Shown piece after piece: positions 50,591-62,670 of a stretch of 64,000 bases of DNA. The stretch is from positions 27,041,016-27,105,015 of the forward strand of contig NC_092374.1 of the NCBI RefSeq assembly GCF_030028105.1, given 5' to 3'. Below the pieces are notes generated by a model. That model was not told the origin of the DNA and did no database searches. It saw nothing but the letters and a program-made list of their open reading frames with translations. How positions within the stretch are numbered: the stretch's first letter is position 1; the number at the start of each line of letters is the position of its first letter. The position numbers and the translations under genes were made by a program. The stretch comes from Mobula birostris (taxonomy: Eukaryota).

Positions 50591-53522
50591 CTAGAGAAAG
50601 CAAATGATGAAGAGAGGTTTGGTTAAGCTATTAAGAGTGAACAGTTCAATTTACCATAAGAATTAGCATTTAGACTCTCTACTGCCATGTTTAATTTTCT
50701 TCAATTGCACAGAGTTAATCCTAGGGATTTTGGGAATCTATGTAAATAGATGCCATTAAATTAAATTGGACACACCGATAAAATTTCATAAATGTACAAG
50801 ATGCAGGGTTGATTTCGGGATTTATTTCCTTCCACATTCTGAGCCAAGCTGGTTGTATTTTTATCAGCAGTTAAATCATTTTACCTTTAAAGAGAAATTA
50901 CAATTTTGTAAAGCGAAAGCAAGTGCAATAGCCCTACTATTGACTAAAGCCCCGAGTTTGTAGAAGGATACAGACAAGACCACTGCTGAGAATGAAGAAC
51001 TGCTTCTGCCTTTTCTTATATGCTATTAGACTTAGCAATAAGCTTCAACAAAATTGTCTTTTTCATGTTTTTTGCTTTGAGATCAGATTTACAATGGTTT
51101 GTTTTTAATATTAATCTTCTGTTTAAAATCTGGCTTGAATGAGTTTAAATAGTGTCCGGTTACATGGTGTTGCACAAAATGACTGAACATTTGATATGCA
51201 TATTCTTTCCCATTTTTCTGGGAGACTGCATTTCATATGTGAAATATGCAGATTTAACACAACTAGGCTTGTCTCATCTGATGACCACCGAACTGTGATT
51301 CGTGGGTTGTGAACACTGTGAGTCCTTATGTCTCAGATTAAACCCTCTAATTCTCCTGACGGCTAAACTAATTAAATCGTTTAGGAGCCGAGCCATACAG
51401 ATGAAGAAGTGGCCAGGTTGTGCCTCTGTGACTGAGCACAGTTAGATGCCAGTGAGGGGGAATCAGTAGCTTACATTAAGAAGAGAGCAAATGATGTTTC
51501 TGCAGCTTCTTTCACAAGGAAGTGCATTTGTGTGCACATATGGACTTGATTATGTGCCAACCCCCATAGCCCACTCCTTGGTTGCATTCACATATGATGG
51601 GATGTCCAGGGAGGGGGCGGCACCTCTGGTGAAGGGGCTTGTCGTATCCAACAGCCATGTTATTGTCCGTTCACTCAGTTTGGTTTGTATCTCCTTTAAC
51701 TCTTCTTGCATCCACATTAGCTTAGTGTCATCAACAAATCTGGAGATGTTGTATTTGATCCCCTTGGACAACGTGTTAACTTGAGAAAATACATGGGGTT
51801 TAAGCACTGATCCCTGTGGTACGCCACTAGTCTCACAGCCTGCCAAACTTAGAAGGACCCATTTTCTCTATCTCTATCTCCAGCTCTAAAGCCATGCTGG
51901 TATATTACCTCCAGTTTTACATGCTCTAACCGTATTTATTTATTTCAAGATACAGTGTGGGACAGGCCCTTCTGGCCCACTGAGCTGTACCACCTAGCAA
52001 CCAACCGATTTAACCCTAGTTTAATCACAGGACAATTTAAAATGATAATTTAACGTACTAACTGGTACCTATTTGGACTGTGGGAGGAAACTGGAGCAAC
52101 CAGAGGAAACCCACATGCACACAGGAAGGAAGTGCAAACTTACCTACAGAGGACACTGGAATTGAACTCTGAACTCCAATGCTGCAAGATGTAATAATGC
52201 TGCACTAACTTCTGCACTACCGTGGCACCCCTTCATCAAGTTCTTGTGTGCGATCTAATGGAAAGACGTCTGAAAATCCTAATAGAACATATCGATTTGT
52301 TCCTCCTTATCTCCTTAGTCATTTGCATCCTCAAAGAATTTCACTAAATTTGCCATGCCTGATTTTCTTCCATAAATCTATGCTAACTCAATTATAATAT
52401 TTTTTTCTAAGTGTATTGGTGTTATTGATTATAATAAGTATATGAAATACCTTTCATAAGTAAGAGTAGCTGAATACGATGGCCACATGGACTTAATGAA
52501 CTGAAGGACCTATTTTTATGCTATGTGTCTCTGAGACCTCGTGGCTATGAATTTCAGCAGTTTCCCAGTTACTGATAGCAGGCTAAAGTGGAGAAGTTTC
52601 CCATTTTCTCTGGCCCTCTTTTCTTAAATAGCAGGGTTGCATTTGCATCTCTCCATTCATCTTCGTCAGTATTGAACTCTAAGAGCATTACGTTGTTCTA
52701 TGTTCTGTGTTCTGAAGCTTTGGTTCTAGATGGGCCAACTGATAAATGAGACCAGTAATTCAGAAAAATGGAGGGTATGGGCTATGCGGGAGGGAAGGGT
52801 TAGATTGATCGTGGTGTAAGTTAAAGGGTCAGCACAATATTGTGGTCTGAAGGGCCTGTACTGTGCTGTACCATCTGATGTTCCAAAATTGAACTGGGAA
52901 ATCAATTCCTCCTCTCTTCTCAATGGAAGCACCCAGTTCAAATAGATAGATTGTTATTGATCTCAAAAGAAATTAGTGTCACAGCAGCATTATAAGTGCA
53001 CAGATATAAATATTAGAAGAGAAGTAGAAAGAATAAAAGATAGGTTACCACAAACAGTCTAAAAGGAGGGCGGGGGAGGGGGTCACCACTTCCCCAGCTA
53101 TAGGTTGACTCATTATAGAGCCTAATGGCCGAGGGTAAGAATGACCTCATATAGCACTCTTTGGATAAGACAGCTGTCTTAGTTTATTACTAAAAGTGCT
53201 TCCCTGTTTAGCCGAGGTGGCATGCAGAGGGTGAGAAACATTGTCCAGAATTGCCAGGATTTTCCGTAGGGTCCTTTGTTCTCCCACAGCCTTCAGTGTG
53301 TCCAGTTTGGCTCCGATAACAGAGCCAGCCTATCCATTAAGTTTATTGAGCCTGTTGGCATCACCCATGTTGATGCCATTGCCCCAGCACACCATCGTAC
53401 AGGAGATCGTACTGGAGACAACATATTCTATATTGTATATTCTTGAAAGAGGTTTGCAAAGAATAATCACTCTGTTGTACGCAATGGTAATTCAGAAATC
53501 ATGCGCAAAAGTGGACTAAATG

Positions 53523-53846
53523 CAGACTCTCCGGGTTACAAATGATTTGACTTACAGATATGACATAAAAATTCTCTCCTATAGTTTTAAAGCATTTTTC
53601 AAGCTAGTTATAATGACATGATTTATGGGCTCCGTTAATGACCAGATGGAGAATACTGTATCCTGGATTGGTTTAATTTTGAGTAGTGTAGGGTGACTAT
53701 TCAATGAAATGAAGGAATTATAGCAAGTGGACGTAAAATGCTCTGATGCGGATTACTATAAAAAATGAATGCTTTGGACTTATGGTGAAATCGGCTTATT
53801 GACTGTTCTCAGGAACGGAGCCCTTGCATAACCTGGGGGCTTCCTG
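53523..53846. mobile_element. Tigger-like MITE about 120 bp upstream of exon 3
   Basis: Degenerate TIRs cagactctccgggttac / ataacctgggggcttcctg|TA. Confidence 0.55.
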
Positions 53847-53969
53847 TATTCAGAAATTGTGAAATCAAATGACAGAAATAGTAGGAAGCTCTGCAACCCC
53901 CCCCCCCACAACAAGCCTGATTTTGCTGAGATAATTTTTAAAAGAGCATGATTTTTTTTCCCCTTTCAG

Positions 53970-54173
53970 AAACCACACAGTTAGAGGACCCACGGGCGCA
54001 ATGGAGGAAAGAGCAGGAGCGGATGCTGAAGGATTACTTGATGGTGGCTCAGGACGCTCTCAACACACAGAAAGAACTCTACCAGGTCAAGGAGCAAAGG
54101 TTAACTCTAGCCATTGACGAATATGTGCGCCTCAATGATGTCTGGAAGGACAAGAGCAGTTCACGGACCAGTT
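53970..54173 (+). CDS. WWC2: WWC2 coding exon 3 (end of WW2, start of coiled coil)
   Basis: Acceptor ttttttttcccctttcAG (53968-69), donor GTGAGT at 54174, 204 bp. Phase joins exon 2 (A+AA=Lys). [68 protein letters not shown]; DEYVRLND and KSSS-TS are WWC2-like. Confidence 0.93.
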
Positions 54174-54688
54174 GTGAGTATTGGGGGAATGTGCTGAGTG
54201 GGCATTGCTTTTCCTTCCAGAAAGTTATGAAATCTCTGACTCATTAGCAATACAGGTTGCACTGCTTGTGATAGAGTTTCAGTGAAGTGAAAGAATGTTT
54301 GGAATTATCTGTCGAGGGGGGGATTCTCTCCTAACTCTGCTGCCAAGTAGCTCTGGATAAAGAGCATACACATCCACACAGTGTGGTTTACAGTGTTATA
54401 CAGTGACAAATCCTCTACATTGTTCTGTCAGACTTGATGACACAGAAGTAAGACTTGCTGGAGACCACAGTTATTTGCAACATTTATTGGATGTTTACAA
54501 CTGATGTTCTGAACTGCATTAAGACTCTTGCCTTTTGATTATATTGGAGTGGGTCCCATCAGTAGATAATGGTGAATCCCTGTACATGTCTGTGTATGGC
54601 AAGTTAATTTGAGATTTCTGGTTATTGTCATGAGCTATGGGAGAAATGGGTAATTGGTTGTATTACCTAACTACGTGAGACAGAAATG

Positions 54689-55231
54689 CACTTGGTGGCT
54701 ATTTTATTAGGTATACCTGCTCGTTAATTGAAATATCTAATCAGCCAATCATGTGGCAGCAACTCAATGCATAAAAGCACGCAGACACGGTCAGGAGATG
54801 CAGACCAAACGTCAGAATGGGGAAAAAATGTGATCTAAGTGACATTGAACAGGGAATGATTGTTGGTGCCAGATGGGGTGGTTTGAGTATCTCAGAAACT
54901 GCTGATTTCCTGGGGTTTTCACACACAACGGTCTCTAGAGTTTATAGAGGATGGTGCAAAAAACAAAGGAAAAGAAGCCAATGAGCAGCAGTTTTGTGGG
55001 TGAAAATACCTTGTTAACGAGGGAAAATGGCCAGACTGGTTCAAGCTGAGAGGAAGACAACAGTAACACAAATAAATACACATGACAACAGCGGTGTGCA
55101 GAAGAGAATCTCTGAAATCACAACACACCAAATCTTGAAGGGAAGGGCTACAGCAGCAGAAGACTATGAACATACACTGAGTGGCCACTTTATTAGGTAT
55201 AGCAGGTATCTATTAAAGTGACCACTGAGTG
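54689..55231 (+). mobile_element. Full non-autonomous Tc1-like element with a doubled right TIR
   Basis: Left TIR cacttggtggctattttattaggta; HTH remnant; palindrome at 55175-55231. Confidence 0.8.
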
Positions 55232-56099
55232 TGTTTTTCGTATTAAGAGACTGTGTGATGATTTAGCTAAGTGCGCAATGTCACAAAAATGTTTAAGTAA
55301 GGTCTTCATTGAACTTTACAGTATATGCAAAATTTAAGGACTTATACTGAATTACAGGTCTGTGCTGGGATAAGATGTGTCTAATTTTAAAAGACCACAT
55401 AGACCTGCAGATGCGGTTCCCACTCTAGAGGCCTCTCTGGGCTCAGCCAACAGTACTGTGGAAATGGGACCACCTCAAGAACTGAAAGGTTGCCCTCCCT
55501 CTCGAGGACAGTTCGGTGTGGGCATGAAGTATTGGCCTTGCCAGTGACACACGTACAAGATGAATAAAAGTGATAGAAGACGTGCACTTTGGGTTTCTAA
55601 AGGGTCTCGGGGCTTTTTGCTAAATTGTTCTGAGAGACTGAAAGTTACAAGAAATTAAAACCAACAGATTCTGTTATTCAGGTAAGATAATTGAAGTTAA
55701 CAGCAACAAGGCTGTAGTGATGTCATAATTTGCCCAAAGCACCACTGCACCCAGCACGGTTCTCCACAAGGTGAGCTGGTTCAACACAGTATACAGATGG
55801 TGATGCTCTGAATTATGCATAGTGGTTAGCGTAACGCTATTACTGTGCTAGTTATAATTCAATTCCGCCGCTGTCTGCAAGCAGTTTTTGTGTTCTCCCC
55901 GTGACCGTGCGGGTTTCCGCCAGATGCTCTGATGTCTGTAGACCACAGGACATCGGAGCAGGATTAGGCCATTCAGATCATCAAGTCTACGCTGCATTCA
56001 TCCCACATTCCAAAGTCAAGTTCGAGGTCAAGTTTAATTGTCATTCAACCAGGCCTGAACACCCACGAATACAGCCAAATGCGACAGTGCAACGCTCAG

Positions 56100-56350
56100 G
56101 AATTGCTGGAGGAACTCAGCAGGCCAGGCAGCATCGATGGAAAAGAGTAAACAGTCAATGTTTCGGGCTGAGACCCTTCTTCAGGACTGGAAAGGAAGGG
56201 GAGAAGCCAGAGTAAGAATGTGGGGTGGGGTGGTGGGGGGAGATGAGGACGAAGTACAAGGTGGCAGGTGATTGGGAAGGGGGAGGAGGATCGGAGGGAG
56301 GTGACAGGTAGGTAAGAAGATAAGGTGAGAGAAGGAAACAGGAATGGGGA
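56100..56350 (-). mobile_element. PLE terminus with hammerhead motif at 56152-56189 (-)
   Basis: Reverse complement CAGTC-CTGAAGA-A-GGGTCTCAGCCC-GAAAC-ATT-GACTG (CpG-decayed helix III). Confidence 0.75.
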
Positions 56351-56509
56351 ATGGGTGGTTTGAATATCTCAGAAACTGCTGATCTCCTGGTACTTTCATG
56401 CACAGCAGTCTCTGGAATTTACAGAGAATGGTGCAAAAACACTAAAAAGAAACATCCAGTGAGTAGCAGTTCTGTGGGCAAAAACTTAGTTAATGCGAGA
56501 GGTCATAGC

Positions 56510-58485
56510 ATAATTGACCTTATCAAATCTGGGGATCTCCCTCTACTGTCACCAACCTCATAGTTCTCTTACCCTGCACATCCCGTTTCTTCTCCAATCC
56601 AAGATCCATAAACCTGCCTGTCCAGGTAGACCCAGTGTTTCAGCTTGTTCCTGCCCCACTGAACTTACTGTATATCTGCTTACCTCAACTGTTTTATCCC
56701 GACTAGTTCAATCCTGATCTACCTACATCTGTGACACTTCATATACTCCAGATCTTTACAATGACTTTGAATTCCCTGGCCCCGATCATCTCATTTCACT
56801 GTGGATGTCCAGTCCCTATACACCTCTATCCCCCATCAGGAAGGCCTTAAAGCTCTCTGCTTCTTTCTGGACAACAGAGCCAACCTGTTCCCCTCCACCA
56901 CCACTCTGCTCTATCTGGCAGACTGGTCCTCACTGTCAGTAATTTCTCCTTTGGCTTCTCCCACTTCATCCAACCTAAGGTATAGCCATGAGCACTAGCA
57001 TGTATCCCAGCTCTGCCTGCCTTTTTGTCAGCTATGTGGAACAGTCCATGTTCCAAGCCTATAGCGGTAGTGCTCCCCAACTCTTCCTAGGCTACATTGA
57101 TGACTGCATAGGTGCTGCTTCCTGCATCCATGCTGAGCTCATCAACTTCATTACCTTTGCCTCCAAATTCAGCCCTTCTCTCAAGTTTACAGTCCATTTC
57201 TGAAACCTCCCTCCCATTCTTGATCTCTCTGTCTCCATCTCTGGAGACAGTCCGTCTACTGATATATTTTATAAACCCACTGATTCTCACAGCTGCCTGG
57301 ACTATGCCTCTCCCCACTTGTAAAAATGACATCCCCTTAGACCATAAAACATAGGAGCAGAATTAGGCCATCGAGTTTTCTGCTTCATTCCACCATGACT
57401 GATCCCATATCCCACTCAAATCCATACACCTGCCTTTTCACCATGTCCTTTGACGCCCTGATCGATCAGGAAACGATCAACTTCCACCTTAAATATGCCC
57501 ACGGATTTGGCCTCCACTGCAGTCTATGGCAGAGCATTCTACAGATTTACTCTCTGGCTTAAAAACTTCCTCATTACCTCTGTTCTAAAAGGTTACCCCT
57601 CAATTTTGAGGCTGTGCCCTCTAGTTCTGGATACCCCCTCCGTAGGAAACATCCACCCTATCTAGTCCTTTCAGCATTTGGTCCCTTTTCTCAGTTCCTC
57701 TGTCTCTGCCACATCTGGTCTCAGGATGGGGCTTTTCATACCAGAACTAATCAGATGTCCTCCTTCATCAAAGAAAGGGACTTCCCTTCCTCCACCATCA
57801 CGCTGCCTTCACCCTCACCTCTTCCATTTTGTACACGTCTGCCCACACCTCATCCTCCCGCCACCACGCCAGGGATAGAATTCCTCTTGTCTTCATTTAC
57901 CACCCCACTGGCCTCTGCATCCAGCACATAATTCTCCATAACTTCCACCATTTCCAACAGGATCCCACACCAAGCACATCTTTCCCTCCCCTCCCCACTT
58001 TCTTCTTTCCTCAGGGATTGCTCCCTATGCGACTCCATTGTCCACCCGTCCCTCCCCACTGATTTCCCTCCTGGGAAACTGAACAAGTGCCATACCCGCC
58101 CCTACACCTCCTCCCTCACTACCATTCAGGGTCCCAACAGTCCTTCCAGGTGAGGTGACACTTCATCTGCAGGTCTGTTGGAATCAGCTACTGGATGTGG
58201 TGCTCCCAGTGTGGTCTCCTGTATATTGGTGAGACTCGACATAGATTGGGAGACTGCTTCGCCAAGTACTTACGCTCTGTCCGCCAGAAGTGGGATCTCC
58301 CACTGGCCACCCATTTCAATTCCACTTCCCATTTCCATTCTGTCCTGTCAGTCCATGGCCTCCTCCACTGCCGTGATAAGGCCACACTCAGGCTGGAGGA
58401 GCAACACCTTTTATTCCATCTGGGTTGCGTCCAGCCTGATGGGGTGAACATCGATTTCTCAAACTTCTGGTAATTGCTCCCCCAT
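56510..58485 (+). mobile_element. Penelope-like element ORF remnant (RT plus GIY-YIG endonuclease)
   Basis: DVQSLYTSIPHQEGL; FLGYIDDC; WCSQCGLLYIGETRHRLGDCF..HFNSTSH..LEEQHLLFHLGCVQPDGVNIDFSNF. Frameshifted. Confidence 0.9.
57339..57681 (-). mobile_element. CR1 3' end inserted into the PLE ORF; sister copy at about 58790-59012
   Basis: agaccataaaacataggagcagaattaggcc tail; PLE sequence resumes at tcccttttctcag. Confidence 0.75.
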
Positions 58486-59674
58486 TTCACAAATAAATAG
58501 ATAGATAGATTATTTGACTGTCTCTGCTTCCTCCTTCTGCAGCAGATGGTTGGAAGTGATTGTTTTCTGTCAGTATTGTAATTTAGTGCATTTGATCATT
58601 GGTGCCCTTTGCAAATAGTCTCTGTCTGTGGTTAGGAACATGATGTTGGCCTTTATCGCAAGGGGTAGTATAAAAATCAGGTGCATGGTACAATTAAATT
58701 GAGATAGCAGTCAAGATGGCACCAAGCTATGATCTCCATCATGGTCCTGGCTCAGACTTTTATTTTGTGTTGTAGGGAGAAATGGGGCTTAGACTATAAG
58801 ACCATAAAACGTAGGAGCAGAATTAGGCCATTCAGGCCATCGAGACTGTTCTGCCATTTCACCATGCTGATCCCAGATCCCAGTCAACCCCATACACCTG
58901 CCTTCTCACCATATCCTTTGGTGCCCTGACCGATCAGGAAACTATCAACTTCCATCTTAAATATACCCACAGACTTGGCCTCCTACCGCAGTCTACGGCA
59001 GAGCATTCCACCGACTTGTTTTGCTGTTGCTGCTTTGTTGCTTATTGTGTTCTGTTGTTGTTTTTTCTGTTGTTCTGTGACCTTGGCTATGTTTATGCCG
59101 GAATGTGTGGTGACACTTGTGGGCTGACCCAAGGACATCCTTAGGTTGTGTTGGTTGTAAATGCAAACGCCGCATTGCATTGTATGATTAGATGTGATGA
59201 ATAAATGAATCTGAATCTGAGTACTGCTTACAGTTTTGACCTCTTTAATTAAGAAGATTCTGCTTCCTTTGGAGAGAATGTTATTTGATGTAGGGGTTGA
59301 CGTATAAAGAAAGGTTAAGCTGGTCAAGCCCACAATCATTGGAGTGCAGTAGAATGAAATGTGATCTGATTGAGATCTGTAGGATTTTGCGATACATTGA
59401 CAAGGTGAATACTGAGAGGATTGTTCCCCTACAAAGGTTGTCATTGCTGAAAAAGGGGAAGTCCACTTAAAACAGAAATGAAGGGGATTTTTATTCTCTC
59501 TTAGCAAGTCATTAATATTTGGAATTCTCCACCCCAAAGAACTATGAAGGTAAAGTTATCGAATACATTCATGACATAGACCAACAGACATTCAAACTGC
59601 AAGGATATCAAACATCAGTGGGAGACAGTGGGGAAAATGGTGTTATCAAGAATCGATCAGCCATGATTGTATTG

Positions 59675-59871
59675 CAGGGGTCCCCAACCTTTTGTGCACC
59701 ACGGACCGGTTTAATATTGACGATATTCTTGCGGACCGGGGGGGGGGGGGGGGGGTCTTCAAGTTCAACAGTGCGGTGTGTGACAGGGATTGAGGAAAGG
59801 TGCAGCTGACTCATATCGTTTCTGCACAGCCCGGTAACACATGCTCGCAGCCCGGTGGTTGGGGACCACTG
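59675..59871. mobile_element. hAT-Charlie-type MITE with perfect 8-bp TSD
   Basis: TIR CAGGGGTCCCCAACC / GGTTGGGGACCACTG; TTGTATTG at 59667-74 and 59872-79; sits in a CR1 tail. Confidence 0.92.
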
Positions 59872-61399
59872 TTGTATTGAACAGTGGTACAGGCTCAAGG
59901 CTCTGACTTACCTAGCCCTGGTTCTTTTTCTTGATTAGCATGGGTGAATTGGGCCGAAGGGTCTACTTCTATACTTTATAACTATGATTCTTACGTGAGT
60001 GGCATTGAGATAATTTTTGAATTCTGTTAGATTGTATTGTTAAATGCCCTTGTAAGAAAAAACCCTTTTATTTTTATGTGCTGATATGAAGCTAATATGT
60101 AGGCATATGTCTTAAGAACAGAGCATGCTACAGAGAATAGCCTATTAGAGAAGCTGAGTTGGCTCTGGTGAAAATGCAATTGTATCTTTCATTTTGTAGT
60201 ATCAACATTTACATTCATTCTTACATCTGTATCTGATACTTTGCTCAACTGACTAGCCAGGAAGAGAGTTAAACCTTATCCACTAAGGCAGTGCGTAGAT
60301 CTGTTGCCAGTTTATCTACAGACACACTTGTAACTCCTCCAAAAACTCAGTGAGCTTTATCTGCTGGATGACAATGATCAGCACAGAGCAGAAGTGCCAA
60401 TTAAGAATGCTGTTCAGCTACCCTGAATTTAGGTGCAAGAAAACAGGCAGGGTTTCTAGTCCATCTATGCTACAAACACTGTTGAAATCAGACAAATGTG
60501 GACATCAGTGAGTGCTATATTAACCTCATTACATATCCAATGGGATTGCTTCTAGATTTTCATTTGGAAATGTGTAACAATCCTTCAAGGCTGATGGAAA
60601 TGTATCACACTGGAGAGTAAAAAAGGATATTTTGGAAGACCTGGGAAGGAATCAATGGAAAAAAGAAATACAAATTTGATTTGAACATTAATATTATACT
60701 AAAATACATTTGATGTAATGAACTACATGCAAGGGTTATTTTGTATTTACTGTAGTATATTTAGTATTGAACCAAAAACTAAGGTGAATAGGTAAATAGA
60801 TAGACATACTTTATTGATCCCAAGGGAAATTGGGTTTCATTACAGTTGCACCAACCAAGAATAGCGTATAAATATAGCAATATAAAACTATAAATAATTA
60901 AATAATAATATGTAAATTATGCCAGGTGGAAATAAGTCCAGGACCAGTCCAGGTCCTGTGCAATACAAAGATAACCAAGAATGTTTTATAATTGATTGTT
61001 GACAGAAAATTACTGAGTAAAATTAAGATAGAACGAACCCTGGTTACTTCAAAGACCATCAGTTTTTGTTTCTTCATTTGGTCTGTGTAAAATGTATTTT
61101 AATGTCTCCAGTTAGTAATAAAATCACTGCATTTCTTTCCATTAAGTGAGCTGTTATTCACCAAGGAGAAGGTGTGAGGATTCATTATGAATCAAAGGCA
61201 TCAAATATATTACTTGCCATATCAAGCCATACTCTGTTAATTTGTAACTCAGTCTCATAGAAACATAGAAATCTATAGCACATTACAGGCCCTTCGGCCC
61301 ACAATATTGTGCCAACCACGTAACCTACTCTAGAAACTGCCTAGAATTTACCTACCGCTTAACCCTCTATTTTTCTAGGCTCTGTGTACCTAAGAGCCT

Positions 61400-61905
61400 C
61401 AATTTGAAATTGAAAGTAAATCTCTTATCAAAGTGCATAAATGTCACCCATATACTACCCTGAGATTCATTTTCTTGCAGGCATTCACAGTAGAACAAAG
61501 AAATACAATAGAATCAATGAAATACTTCACAGAAAGACTGACAAGCAACCAATGTTCAAGAGAAGACAAACTGTGCAAATACAAAAAAAACTAATAGAAA
61601 TAAACAAGTAAATAGATAAATAAAACTGAGTACATGTGTTTTAGAGTCCTTGAAAATGAGTCCATAGGTTCTGGAATCAGTTCAGTGTTAAGGGGAGTGA
61701 AGTTCTGCATGCTGATTGAGGACCCTGATATTTGAAAGGTAATGACTGTTCCTGAACTTGGTGGTATGTGGCCTGAGGCTCCTGTACTTTGTTCCCAATG
61801 GCAGCAGCGAGAAGAGAGCCAAGCCTGGATGGTGGGGATCCTTGATGCTGCCTTCTTTTGGTAGCACTTCTTGTAGATGTGCTCTGTGGTGGTGGCTTTT
61901 CCTCT
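61400..61905 (-). mobile_element. Rex1/Babar-type LINE 3' end
   Basis: EHIYKKCYQKKAAS; collinear with 4890-5385. Confidence 0.8.
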
Positions 61906-62249
61906 GACTGACGATTGCCTTTTTATTTCAAAGGAAAACCCATTGAATGTTGAGGGGACATAGCTGAGCTCTTGCTGTAGAAAGCAAATGTTTATCATTT
62001 GTGTGCTGTGTAACTTTCTTGTTACTTAGGAACCCAAACAAAAAGGATTTCTGTGTATGGATACACATAAATGTGGACTGCTTCATTATTTGAAGAATTG
62101 TCAATAGAGTGAGCTTTACAGTCAATGCATTGCTCAAGATCATTGAGGAAATAGCCAATGGATTGCTACCTTAAGGGAACCTTGTAGAGATTTTCTACCT
62201 CTGCAATGATTGGTTTCCAGCAACCTCAGGCATCTTTCTTAATGCAAGT

Positions 62250-62670
62250 ATGAATTCCCCCTTCACCTTTCCCTCTTTTTAAATTCCCCGTTCTGGTTCC
62301 CCTCTCACCCCTTCTCTTCTCACCTGCCCACCTCCGCCCTCTAGTGACCCTCCTCCTTCCCTTTCTATCATGGTCTACTGTCCTTTCCTATCAGATCCCT
62401 GCTTCTTCAGCCTCTTACTGCTTCCACCTATCACTTTCCAACTTCTTGCATCATCCAACCACCTTCGCCCTCACCTGGTCTCGCCTATCACCTTCCAGCT
62501 TGAATTCCTCCCCCTCCACCCACTTTCCATTTTAGCTTCGGTCCCCTACCTTTCCAGTCCTGATGAAAGGTCTCAGCTAAAATGTTGACTGTTTATTTCT
62601 CTCCATAGATGCTGCCTGAATTGCTGGGTTCCTCCAACACTTTGGATGTGTTGTTCATAATTTCAGAGTA
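62250..62670 (+). mobile_element. PLE 3' UTR and terminus with degenerate hammerhead (62555-62591)
   Basis: CAGTC-CTGATGA-aaggtctcagct-aaaat-GTT-GACTG; G12 of the GAAA box is lost. Confidence 0.75.

Larger units (their letters stand above)
28039..53969 (+). other. WWC2: 25.9-kb GT-AG intron between the two WWC2 exons
   Basis: GTAAGT...TTTCAG; the spliced product is in frame and contiguous in the protein (IDHIN-KTTQ). Confidence 0.9.

Noticed and set aside
59718-59756. Long G run (also C runs near 515, 40240 and 53897) as G-quadruplex elements
   Set aside because: Homopolymers mostly inside TEs and prone to sequencing error.
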